From Methanolobus sp. (GTDB lineage Archaea; Halobacteriota; Methanosarcinia; Methanosarcinales; Methanosarcinaceae), in assembly GCA_033549165.1 (NCBI GenBank), contig JAWSUM010000002.1:16211-80210 (forward strand): 64,000 nt of DNA, given 5' to 3'. Position numbers and translations under genes: made by a program. Positions 18,465 to 27,876 of the stretch are shown in pieces. The notes beneath the pieces are model-generated. The model worked only from the letters and a program-made list of their open reading frames with translations, made no database searches and was not told where the DNA came from. Positions within the stretch are counted from its first letter, which is position 1, and every line of letters starts with the position of its first letter.

Positions 18465-18888
18465 TTTCACCTCCTGATAAGGACTTTGATAAAGATGTAT
18501 ATATCATTTTTGATTATTAAGAAACATGAAACGCAGATTTGAAGTTTTATTTAGAATATAAGGATAGAATAAGTGTTTAATATGCACTTAAAGTGCTTAA
18601 AAAGCTTTTTTTGTATAAAAAACCAATAATGAAAGGTTTTAACAAATAAATATTATTGATATATTAATATAAAATATAAATTCCGTCTTTTAACGGCATT
18701 TGTGAATGATTCACGCACAACCATTCCGAAATGTTTATTAAGTAGGATGAGTTCATAAAGAACCTTATAAAAACATCCCAAAGAATTAAATACAATAAAA
18801 AGAAAAAAGTTGTTTTCTTTGGACCGGACCTAAAACAACAACTCCTACAGGGCTGATATATAGAGTTACACCGGATGTTTTAGGATTC

Positions 18889-19929
18889 TTATATCCTGAA
18901 CCTTAAAAGCGCTGCAATACCACCAAGTGATAGTAACTTATGACCCGGTTCGAATATTGTGCTGAAGATCACTATATTCCCCCGGGAATGTTCAACCGAC
19001 TGCAGAAAATCATCAATGGTCCCTTTTTCCCTTTCCGTACGAAGGAATTCATCTGCCACGAGCAGGGTTTCGATCGATCCGAAATCCTGGGCAGACTTTA
19101 CTTCATCGATCCCATATGCAGCTTTTCCATCCATTGAGATCTCCTTGAGCAGCTCATCCATCAGCCTGGATTCCCTGGCGATCCGTGACTCCTCCATGAT
19201 CCTGTCAACGGCTCCTCTTCTCAATACTTCCTGGAAACCAGACATGCCTACGGATGCTGTGTCTTCGACTATCGCCCTTGAAGCCAGTTCCGGCTCTTTT
19301 GCAGTCAGATACTTCAGGAAATCCTCCTTGGTGAACCCCGGGCCCGCTACGACTATAGCCTCCGAACCTGAAGCAGCATTAACAAGCTGGTCCGATATCT
19401 CGTGGAAGAATACCTCCCTGAGAGTACCTTCACCTTTTCCGGAAGACTGGGTAATATGCGAATACACCTCTATACCGTAATGGCGCACAAAACCGATGTC
19501 CGCATCCCCTTCTTCAATGGCGGCGATCACAACCTTCGGACGCTTTGAAGAAGCCTCAGCCTCATCGATACGTTCGATCTGATCCTTCTTCCAGGTCTTG
19601 ATTATGGCGACATTGGTACCATCCTCGATATTGAGAGTATGGTAGGAACCTGTATCCATCCCCTGCTCGATGACACCATGTATCCTCAACCGGTTGGAGA
19701 ACCTGTGAAATTCCAGATCCTCTACCCGTATTCCAAGCCGAACATTCTTTTTCTCCACCTTTTCTGGTCTCAGTTTATCCGTTGCTGTGTCGGCCTTTCT
19801 CTTTGTCAGGGCGAAGACAAGGTCACCTTTCTCTATAATATACTTGAGATGCCACAGGTCATCCAGGGTCTCAGGCGTGATGGCTATCTCACCTTCTCTC
19901 CCTTTCAGACTTCTCTTTGTAACGCGCAT
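18889..19929 (-). CDS. pelA: Pelota (aDom34) ribosome rescue factor
   Basis: PETLDDLWHL, FHRFSNRLRIHGVI, VAGPGF.K, L..LGGIAALLRF. Confidence 0.95.
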   Translation of the reverse strand: MRVTKRSLKGREGEIAITPETLDDLWHLKYIIEKGDLVFALTKRKADTATDKLRPEKVEKKNVRLGIRVEDLEFHRFSNRLRIHGVIEQGMDTGSYHTLNIEDGTNVAIIKTWKKDQIERIDEAEASSKRPKVVIAAIEEGDADIGFVRHYGIEVYSHITQSSGKGEGTLREVFFHEISDQLVNAASGSEAIVVAGPGFTKEDFLKYLTAKEPELASRAIVEDTASVGMSGFQEVLRRGAVDRIMEESRIARESRLMDELLKEISMDGKAAYGIDEVKSAQDFGSIETLLVADEFLRTEREKGTIDDFLQSVEHSRGNIVIFSTIFEPGHKLLSLGGIAALLRFRI

Positions 19930-19984
19930 GGAACTACCTGCAAATAACTGGAATCAAACTAATCTATACTATATCGGACCGGAC

Positions 19985-20011
19985 TGCCAGGCCTGTCTCC
20001 CAGACCTGGCA
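19985..20011 (-). terminator. Hairpin between rqcH and pelota
   Basis: TGCCAGGCCTG-TCTCC-CAGACCTGGCA, 11-bp stem with one mismatch. Confidence 0.4.
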
Positions 20012-20012
20012 A

Positions 20013-22004
20013 TCATACCTTTATATCAGACTCACCCGGCGGAATCACCATTGCGATCTTGTCAGGGGAAGCTATCTGTTTGACGAAGTTGACCTCTTTC
20101 AACTTATCCACATATATTTTGTATATCTTTTTCGCTATATCGTTCTGGTTGAACTTTCCAGGAACGATCTCGACCACATGCTTGCCATGCTCCCTGACCG
20201 CGGACAGAGGACCACCTATCACCCTCGTCTCGGCACCCAGTTCCAGGGCCACAGCCGCACCGACCTGCACATCACGGTAATAGTTGCGTTCCCCGCGTAT
20301 AGCAAAAGAACCTTTTTTCAGGTATTCGCCGGATTCAGGGGTCTTCGAGACCTGTTCAGGTCTGATCCAGTAACAGTCCCCGCTGAACTGTCCCGACTTC
20401 CAGACGCTTGAATAGGATACTACGAACTCCGCAGCCTCCCGGAGCACCTCTTCGGACACCTCCCGGCCCTGGGTCTTGATAATGGTCATAGGTGCGCCCG
20501 GCGCCTGGGTATGGAAGACGACATCGTTCTTTTCCATGTACTTCTTCACAAGATCCTCATTTGTCTCGGCATCCCTTCCACCGACCACAAGGAAATCGTC
20601 TGATGAGAGGAACCACCTGAAACGGTCATACCAGTGCTTCTTAAGACGGGCCTTCTGTTTCTCAGAACTTTTCTTTTCCCTTTTCTGCATGGCCAGCTTT
20701 GTATCCTCTATGGCCTTGAGGGCTCCATCCTTCTTCTTGTTCAGTTTCTTGGCCTTATCATAGTAGTACTGGGCATTCTGAGGGATAGTCAGACGCAGGT
20801 CGATGGTGGCATTGGTACCCTCGAGGTCGAGCACGATCTTCCCTGATGCCGAATCAATGCTGACTATGCGCTTTGCAGCAGGCAAGGTGTCCTTTGCATT
20901 CTTCACTATCTTCTTGATCTCATCCCAGGTATAGCCTTTTTCCCGGGCCTTATCAAGTACTCCGACCACTTCTTCGATATCAACGTAATGAGCGTAGATC
21001 TTTTCGGCCACCTGAACATATTTTTCAGCATCCTTTCCGAAATTATCTATGGCTTCCTCTTGTTTCCTCAAACGCCTCTCAAAGACATCGACCTTCTCTT
21101 TCTTAACGGATTCTACTACTCCCTTGACTTCTTCAGCTGCCTTTTTGCCAAAGAACTCATCAAGAGCCTTGTTGAAAGACGGGAACGTTTCTTTTTCCAT
21201 TTCGGAATAAATACCAAGCTCAAAGGGAGCAACATCGAAAGGTTTGATCTCACCATTTATATCTTTCTTTACGACATAAGGACTCAATTCCCCATTCATG
21301 AGAGGGGTGAACAGGCTTTTCAAAGATCCTGCAAGCGCAGAGATACCATCGTCACCCAGTTCCTTTGCAGGCGTTTTCTTGTCAACGCCTGACCTGAGGC
21401 ACACTTCTTCAGCCAGGACACCTCCAAGGTTGAACCGGTTAGCGATGGTCCTTACAACATCGGATTCTGACAGCGAAAATGCGTCATTTATATCCTGCAC
21501 TCCCGCATCAACCGGGCTTATCTGGGCCTCAGGATACTGGTAGACTTCACCACTGCGTATCCTTCTTCCCCTGAAGGTCACCGGCCTCATGGGTAAAATA
21601 ATCTTCCTTTCCGCATCCAGCAGGACTATGTTGCCGGGAGAGAACAACTCTGCAACCAGTATGGTATCGATTCCGCCACGTACCAGGCCTATCTCGATTA
21701 TCCTGTCAAAATCATACTGTTTGATGTAAGTGATACGTCCGCCCATAATGTGCTTTCTCAGCAGCATAGGGAAGGACTGGGGTAGCTTGGGACTCTGGCG
21801 AATATGTTCACTCAGATGTGCACGTTTACCAGCCTCGATAATAAGGTTGTCCCTGCCCTTATCGTAAACAAAAATATTGATACGCAGCTCATCTGCTGCC
21901 GGCTGGTATATTTTGCCGATCTTCGCATCTATGATAGAATTCTCACCTGAGCTGAGTTCAAGAACCAGCGCAGCCACATCGGCACTCGTCATTTCCTTCT
22001 TCAT
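20013..22004 (-). CDS. rqcH: Rqc2/RqcH (NFACT) ribosome quality-control protein
   Basis: FPMLLRKH, FDRI, ELF..GN NFACT-N motifs; coiled coil; WYDRFRWF.SSD..LV.GGRDA..NE NFACT-R domain. Confidence 0.93.
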   Translation of the reverse strand: MKKEMTSADVAALVLELSSGENSIIDAKIGKIYQPAADELRINIFVYDKGRDNLIIEAGKRAHLSEHIRQSPKLPQSFPMLLRKHIMGGRITYIKQYDFDRIIEIGLVRGGIDTILVAELFSPGNIVLLDAERKIILPMRPVTFRGRRIRSGEVYQYPEAQISPVDAGVQDINDAFSLSESDVVRTIANRFNLGGVLAEEVCLRSGVDKKTPAKELGDDGISALAGSLKSLFTPLMNGELSPYVVKKDINGEIKPFDVAPFELGIYSEMEKETFPSFNKALDEFFGKKAAEEVKGVVESVKKEKVDVFERRLRKQEEAIDNFGKDAEKYVQVAEKIYAHYVDIEEVVGVLDKAREKGYTWDEIKKIVKNAKDTLPAAKRIVSIDSASGKIVLDLEGTNATIDLRLTIPQNAQYYYDKAKKLNKKKDGALKAIEDTKLAMQKREKKSSEKQKARLKKHWYDRFRWFLSSDDFLVVGGRDAETNEDLVKKYMEKNDVVFHTQAPGAPMTIIKTQGREVSEEVLREAAEFVVSYSSVWKSGQFSGDCYWIRPEQVSKTPESGEYLKKGSFAIRGERNYYRDVQVGAAVALELGAETRVIGGPLSAVREHGKHVVEIVPGKFNQNDIAKKIYKIYVDKLKEVNFVKQIASPDKIAMVIPPGESDIKV

Positions 22005-22102
22005 GCCGTGAGTATAACGTAAATGGAGACTATAAGTTTTATGTCGAATAAAAGCAATTAGGACTACGCACCCAGAGTCTGACAGCCGGAGAACATGCAC
22101 TT

Positions 22103-23332
22103 ATGAATGAGAGAACACGATCCTTTCTTGTATCGAAATTCCAGGAATACTATTCACAGGCGGAGCTGAAGCTGCCGCCGGAGTTCACATCAAGGGAATG
22201 GGGATTCCTGGAGTTCACTACCGGCGATACTTTCATGCGCAGGCACAAGGAATTCGGGTCAACCGGCGAGCTGAACGATTACCTCAGAGGGATCGGCCCC
22301 GCCCATGCCTACTATTCCGTAGCTTACTACGAATATCCCGGAGCCCCGAAGATGAAGGAGAAGAACTGGCTCAGGGCGGACCTGATTTTCGATATAGACT
22401 CCGACCACCTGCCCGGAAAGATCAACTCATATGGCGATATGCTGGAAAAAGGAAAAAGAGAGACATTGAAACTGCTTGATTTCCTTATAGGCGACTTCGG
22501 CTTTAATGAGGACGATGTGCATGCCGTGTTCTCAGGCGGAAGAGGATACCACTTCCATATAAGCGACCCTTCCGTCCTCACGCTGGAAAGCCCTGAGAGG
22601 CGTGAGATCGTGGATTATATCAGCGGTAAGCTCAGTCCGGAGATGCACTATACTAAAGAATGGATGATCGGGGAATATGGTAGCGGCACGGACACGTTCA
22701 AGGGAAAGACAGCGGTGCCCTACAAATACATATTAAAGAACTATGATACCGGTTGGGGTAAAAGGATTGCACACTATATAGTACAGTACCTGATAGCTGA
22801 ATCCATAAAGGATGACAAAGACATGTTCCGGGAACTAAGAGAACTTAAAGGGTTCGGCAAAAGCACTTCAAAAAGGTTCCAGGAGCTTAAGAAGATATCA
22901 AATAAACCGGAGATACTGAAGAATATAGTAGACCACGGAAGACTGGATTTCGGCCACATCGATGATTTCCAGGATGTTGTCAGCCTGCTGATAAAACAGG
23001 CTGTTGAAAAATCAAAAGTGAATTTCGGCAGTACCCAGGTCGACGAACCCGTCACCGCAGACATCAAGCGCCTTATCCGCCTGCCGGGCTCCCTTCACGG
23101 CAAATCAGGGATGAAGGTTACCGCACTGAGGATTGATGAGCTTGAAAACTTCGAACCGTTGAACGATGCAGTTGTCTTCGGAGAAAAATCGGTAAAGATA
23201 AAAGTTATAAAACCATTTGCAGTTCAGATGAAGGGAAAGGACTTTGTACTTGATGAAGGCATTCAGGAAGTCCCTGAATACGCCGCCGTCTACTTTATGT
23301 GCAGAGGTGCAGCAGAGTATGGATCGCACTGA
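22103..23332 (+). CDS. priS: DNA primase small subunit
   Basis: REWGF, ADLIFDIDSDH, FSGGRGYH, VDEPVT.DIKRLIRLPGSLHG. Confidence 0.96.
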   Translation: MNERTRSFLVSKFQEYYSQAELKLPPEFTSREWGFLEFTTGDTFMRRHKEFGSTGELNDYLRGIGPAHAYYSVAYYEYPGAPKMKEKNWLRADLIFDIDSDHLPGKINSYGDMLEKGKRETLKLLDFLIGDFGFNEDDVHAVFSGGRGYHFHISDPSVLTLESPERREIVDYISGKLSPEMHYTKEWMIGEYGSGTDTFKGKTAVPYKYILKNYDTGWGKRIAHYIVQYLIAESIKDDKDMFRELRELKGFGKSTSKRFQELKKISNKPEILKNIVDHGRLDFGHIDDFQDVVSLLIKQAVEKSKVNFGSTQVDEPVTADIKRLIRLPGSLHGKSGMKVTALRIDELENFEPLNDAVVFGEKSVKIKVIKPFAVQMKGKDFVLDEGIQEVPEYAAVYFMCRGAAEYGSH

Positions 23333-24029
23333 ACTTAAGAATACACTCCGCGAAGAAAGCAGTTCTTCGATAAAGGCAATCTACCCGGACTTCTTCCGGG
23401 AAGTTGCGGACTACATAAAGGAGCTTGAGGAAGAGATCGAAAAGATCGATAACCCAAGATCAGTGGAATCGAAGATGCTGGAGGACGAGTTGCAGAGTGC
23501 TATGACCGATGTTGAAGTGATATTCATAAGACGGCTGAAAAAAACAATCGTCAGCGCTACAACAACTGCTTTTTCCAACCGGTCATCACAGGACATCAAC
23601 AAGCTCCTCCCCGAGGAAAGAAGAGTATACGATGCCGTCCTGTCAACAATAAATACTGCCCGCCAGGAACTACTAGAACCCATACTTGACCCGCAGGCCG
23701 TCAGCAGATTCAAAAAGAGCAGGGAGCAAAGTTCTGCAGCAGGGAAAACCGCAGATAGAAAAGAAATGGGCAAGGCCCTTGAGAAGGGTCGTACAGCAAT
23801 GAATGTTGCGGCAGAAACTGTAGAGGATGGCCGGGAAAAAGAGGCAATAGGCAAAAGTAATATAAATGAAGAATTCGTTGTTGTGCGAATACTAGAGAAC
23901 CTGCCTACTTTCAAGGCTATGGATAATCGCAATTACACATTACGTGCGGAAGACGTTGTCGTTTTACCTGCCCTGAACGCAAAAGGACTTGTCAAACGCA
24001 ACGTGGCACAGATGATCACTACTAATTGA
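23319..24029 (+). CDS. GINS-family protein (Gins51/15 type)
   Basis: Helical A domain (PDFFREV..YI, RRLKK, LLPEE) plus C-terminal beta domain (VRIL...P.F...D.R.Y.L..EDVVVLP). Typical position after priS. Confidence 0.85.
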   Translation: MDRTELKNTLREESSSSIKAIYPDFFREVADYIKELEEEIEKIDNPRSVESKMLEDELQSAMTDVEVIFIRRLKKTIVSATTTAFSNRSSQDINKLLPEERRVYDAVLSTINTARQELLEPILDPQAVSRFKKSREQSSAAGKTADRKEMGKALEKGRTAMNVAAETVEDGREKEAIGKSNINEEFVVVRILENLPTFKAMDNRNYTLRAEDVVVLPALNAKGLVKRNVAQMITTN

Positions 24030-24055
24030 CCTAAAACTTATTCAAGGTGTAGATA

Positions 24056-24334
24056 ATGAAGATTCCAAAGAGATTCAGAACATATTGCCCCTCATGCAAG
24101 AAGCACACGGAAGTCGTTGCTGAAAGAGTGAAGAAGGGAAAAGCATCGTCATTAACACATATCGCAAGACAGAAGAAACGCCAGACAGGAATCGGTAACA
24201 GCGGAAAATTCTCAAAGGTGCCTGGTGGAGACAAACCCACCAAGAGAGTTTGGCTGAGGTACAAGTGCACAGAGTGCAACAAGTCCCACCAGAGACCCTG
24301 TTTCAGAGCAAAGAAGTTCGAATTCGCGGAGTGA
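24056..24334 (+). CDS. rpl44e: 50S ribosomal protein L44e
   Basis: [18 protein letters not shown]...KPTKR..L...C..C. Confidence 0.97.
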   Translation: MKIPKRFRTYCPSCKKHTEVVAERVKKGKASSLTHIARQKKRQTGIGNSGKFSKVPGGDKPTKRVWLRYKCTECNKSHQRPCFRAKKFEFAE

Positions 24335-24339
24335 TATAA

Positions 24340-24516
<177 letters not shown>

Positions 24517-24527
24517 AGTGATTCATA

Positions 24528-25325
24528 ATGGATGGAAACAATTGGCCTGAAAGCGGAGATTTCGTTGTCTGTACCGTAAAGGATGTAACCGACTTCGGTG
24601 CATACACGACACTCGAAGAATATGATGGAAAGGAAGGGTTCATTCATATCTCCGAGATCAAGGCCGGATGGGTCAAATATGTCAGGGACCACGTAAGAGA
24701 AGGACAGAAGATCGTCTGTAAAGTTCTCAATGTGGACTCATCAAGACGACATATCGACCTGTCACTTAAGGATGTCAACGAGCATCAAAAGCGTGCTAAG
24801 ATCCAGGAATGGAAGAACGAGCAGAAAGCTTCCAAATGGCTTCAGTTCGTTGCAGAGGAAACCGGTACCGACAGTGAAGAAATGCAGAAGACCAGCCAGA
24901 AACTGGTAGAGCATTTCGGCAGCATGTATGCAGCTTTCGAAGAAGCTGCAATGATCGGTGTCAATGCCTTCAACGACATAAAACTGAAGAAGAAACTGGC
25001 TAACAGCATCGCCCAGATAGCTCAGAACAACATCAAATTGCCCTTTGTGGATATCGCAGGTTATGTCGACCTTACATGCACCCTTCCTGACGGAATTGAA
25101 GTAATAAAGACTGCACTTGAAGCAGCCAATGACGTCAGGGAAGATGAGGTACGTATCGACATAAGTTACACTGGCGCACCCAGATACAGAATAAAGGTTA
25201 TCGCTCCGGATTATAAGAAAGCGGAAGCCGTGTTGAAGAAGTCTGCAGGTATTGCCATTGACACCATTGAGGAACTTGGTGGAAAAGGTGAGTTCCACAG
25301 ACATAATGATGCTGTAAAGGCGTGA
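24528..25325 (+). CDS. eif2a: Translation initiation factor 2 alpha subunit
   Basis: S1 domain (GAY..LEEY..KEGFIHISEI..GW), GAPRYRI. Confidence 0.96.
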   Translation: MDGNNWPESGDFVVCTVKDVTDFGAYTTLEEYDGKEGFIHISEIKAGWVKYVRDHVREGQKIVCKVLNVDSSRRHIDLSLKDVNEHQKRAKIQEWKNEQKASKWLQFVAEETGTDSEEMQKTSQKLVEHFGSMYAAFEEAAMIGVNAFNDIKLKKKLANSIAQIAQNNIKLPFVDIAGYVDLTCTLPDGIEVIKTALEAANDVREDEVRIDISYTGAPRYRIKVIAPDYKKAEAVLKKSAGIAIDTIEELGGKGEFHRHNDAVKA

Positions 25326-25332
25326 TGTATTT

Positions 25333-25491
25333 TTGGGGTTGAATATCTACAGGTGTAAGAACTGCGGTAGATACACACTTGAAGAGAAATGCCCGGTGTG
25401 TGGCTCCCTGACAGTGGACCCGCGGCCGGCAAAATACTCCCCGAAAGACCCGTACGGGAAGTATCGCAGATTGGCCTTAAAGGAAGAATGA
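25333..25491 (+). CDS. nop10: Nop10 H/ACA RNP protein (52 aa, TTG start, not in the ORF track)
   Basis: Hand translation: ..IYRCKNCGRYTLEEKCPVCG...RPAKYSPKDPYGKYRR. Confidence 0.93.
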   Translation: MGLNIYRCKNCGRYTLEEKCPVCGSLTVDPRPAKYSPKDPYGKYRRLALKEE

Positions 25492-25493
25492 TC

Positions 25494-26267
25494 ATGAAGG
25501 GGACAAAAGTAATTCGATTGAAAGAGGAAGTTGAACTTAACAAAGCTGTTTTTCTTGTAGGGCTTCCAGGTGTGGGACATGTCGGTAAACTTGTTGCAGA
25601 ACACCTAATCGAAGAACTTGATGCCGAGAAGATCATCGAGATATACTCACAGCATTTCCCCCCACAGGTCCTTGTTGATGAGAACAGCGAGATCCACATG
25701 GTCAACAACGAAATCTACGTCTGCTCCACTGGCAAGTCAGATATCCTGATACTTGTGGGCGACCACCAGAGTTCTACCGGAGAAGGACATTACGAACTCT
25801 GTGACCTGTACCTGGACATTGCAGAGGAGTTCGGCATAGAGCGAATTTATACGCTGGGAGGTTTCCCAACCGGACAGCTTACTTATTCTGATGAAGTGCT
25901 CGGGGCTATTAATAACCCGGAGCTTTCAGATGAGCTTAAGGAAGTTGGCGTCGTTTTCAAAGAGAACGAACCCGGTGGAGGAATTGTTGGTGCTTCCGGC
26001 CTGATACTGGGTTTGAGCAAGTTCAGGAACATTGATGCTGCATGTCTGATGGGGCTTACATCAGGATATCTGGTAGACCCGAAAAGTGCACAGTCACTGT
26101 TGAAAGTGATATGCAGGATATTCGAGATCGAGATAGATGAAGGTCCTCTTGAGGAACGTGCAAAGGAAATGGAGAAGATCGTTGCCAGACTCAAAGAGGT
26201 AGAGCAGCAGCAACAGGGAATACCGGAAGCCAATATCAGGGACGAGGATCTGAGATACATAGGCTGA
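25494..26267 (+). CDS. PAC2-family proteasome assembly chaperone
   Basis: GLPGVGHVGKL, GDHQS, TLGG, GIVGASGL, GYLVDPKSA. Confidence 0.9.
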   Translation: MKGTKVIRLKEEVELNKAVFLVGLPGVGHVGKLVAEHLIEELDAEKIIEIYSQHFPPQVLVDENSEIHMVNNEIYVCSTGKSDILILVGDHQSSTGEGHYELCDLYLDIAEEFGIERIYTLGGFPTGQLTYSDEVLGAINNPELSDELKEVGVVFKENEPGGGIVGASGLILGLSKFRNIDAACLMGLTSGYLVDPKSAQSLLKVICRIFEIEIDEGPLEERAKEMEKIVARLKEVEQQQQGIPEANIRDEDLRYIG

Positions 26268-26280
26268 AGGTGTCCGATGA

Positions 26281-27498
26281 ATGAAAATCAACGCTGATCT
26301 GCACATACATTCAAAATACTCAATGGCATGTTCCGGGAAAATGGACCTGCCGACAATAGCTGAAGAAGCATCAAAGAAGGGCATTGACCTGGTCGCCACA
26401 GGTGACTGCATTCATCCTCAATGGATGAAGGAGATCATGGACAATGCAGTCGATGATGAGAACATCATCATCGGAAATACTAATTTTTCGATCACTACTG
26501 AGATAGAGGACAGGAACCGTGTACACCACCTCCTGATATTGCCATCGATATCAAAAGCACAGGAACTGGCTGAGACCATGTCCAGACACGGGAACCTCGC
26601 AACAGACGGCCGCCCCACAGTACGTCTGGACGGTGCTGAGATTGCAGAGATAGCAAGGGATGTTGAAGCACTTATAGGCCCCTGCCATGCTTTCACGCCA
26701 TGGACGGCAATGTATGCGTATCATGACTCCCTCAGAAGCTGTTATGGGGATATGACGGATTACGTTTCTTTTCTTGAGCTGGGACTGAGCGCAGACAGTG
26801 ATTACGCTGACCGCATAAGTGAGCTTCATAGACTGACATTCCTCACGAATTCCGATGCACATTCGCCCTATTCCAACAAACTTGCACGGGAGTTCAACCA
26901 GATGGAAGTCCCTGACATCTCATTCGAAGGTGTGAAAAAAGCGATACTAAGGGAAAATGACTACGGGGTCACACTGAATATCGGATTCTACCCGCAGGAA
27001 GGTAAATACAACGAATCGGCCTGTATCAAATGTTTCACTCACTACTCACTGGAAGAGAGCATTGGACTTAACTGGAAATGCAGAGTGTGCGGCGGACGTA
27101 TTAAAAAAGGAGTGGTTGACAGGGTGAACGAACTGGCAGACCTTAACGAACCACAGCACCCGGACCACAGGCCACCATACCTGCACCTGATGCCACTCTC
27201 GGAGATAATAATGACGGCACTCGGACATGCAAGCATCAACACCAAAGGGGTGCAAGATGCATGGGACGGTCTTCTGGGAAGATTCGGGGATGAACTGAAC
27301 GTACTTCTCCATGCAGATCCTGAAAGTATGGATTTTGTAGACAAAAGGATCGTTGACGCCATAATAGCCTTCAGGGAAAGGGAGGTCATTCTCCATCCCG
27401 GAGGTGGAGGAAAATATGGCTGGATAGAGATGCCCGAGGAAAAGAAAGAAGAAAACATGGATAACAGGAAAGGCCAGAGTTCACTTTTTGATTTCTAA
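26281..27498 (+). CDS. Endonuclease Q family (TIGR00375) PHP protein
   Basis: DLHIHSKYS, TGDCIHP, HAFTPW, NSDAHS, Zn motif CIKC..CRVCG, PGGGG.YG. C-terminal PIP-box-like QSSLFDF. Confidence 0.85.
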   Translation: MKINADLHIHSKYSMACSGKMDLPTIAEEASKKGIDLVATGDCIHPQWMKEIMDNAVDDENIIIGNTNFSITTEIEDRNRVHHLLILPSISKAQELAETMSRHGNLATDGRPTVRLDGAEIAEIARDVEALIGPCHAFTPWTAMYAYHDSLRSCYGDMTDYVSFLELGLSADSDYADRISELHRLTFLTNSDAHSPYSNKLAREFNQMEVPDISFEGVKKAILRENDYGVTLNIGFYPQEGKYNESACIKCFTHYSLEESIGLNWKCRVCGGRIKKGVVDRVNELADLNEPQHPDHRPPYLHLMPLSEIIMTALGHASINTKGVQDAWDGLLGRFGDELNVLLHADPESMDFVDKRIVDAIIAFREREVILHPGGGGKYGWIEMPEEKKEENMDNRKGQSSLFDF

Positions 27499-27542
27499 TC
27501 TCGATACCTATATAATACATAAAAACTATGAAAGGCAGCAGT

Positions 27543-27658
27543 GCCGAGGTGGCAGAGCGGACTAATCCGATGGTAGGACTACCACGGAGTCTAAACGCGA
27601 CCGGCTCGAGACCGGTTTCTCCGGGAGGAGTGCTTGGGTTCGAATCCCAACCTCGGCG
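27543..27658 (+). tRNA. tRNA-Ser(CGA) with an ~28-30 nt intron in the D-arm region
   Basis: Acceptor stem GCCGAGG/CCTCGGC; anticodon arm ACCGG-CTCGAGA-CCGGT; long variable arm CTCC/GGAG; T arm TTGGG-TTCGAAT-CCCAA; extra hairpin at 27564-27594. Confidence 0.93.
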
Positions 27659-27876
27659 TAAACTCCTTCGAAAAATTGATTTTTTGGAAATCCCCATCCA
27701 TGCAGATATCCTTATCAAAAAAAGTGTATAGTTAATAACGCAATTAGAAACGTTATGAGGAACATGATTGAGAATATCATGACCACAGCAGGATATTTTT
27801 TTCGTACCTAAAATCTTTATGACAAAGTTATAAATACTTTAAATTCTACAAATTATGTGCGAACAAAAGTTTTGAG

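Noticed and set aside
27620-27658. tRNA-Ser 3' end as the attachment site for the downstream accessory region
   Set aside because: I found no second copy of the tRNA 3' end and no integrase, and the downstream genes show no evident compositional shift.
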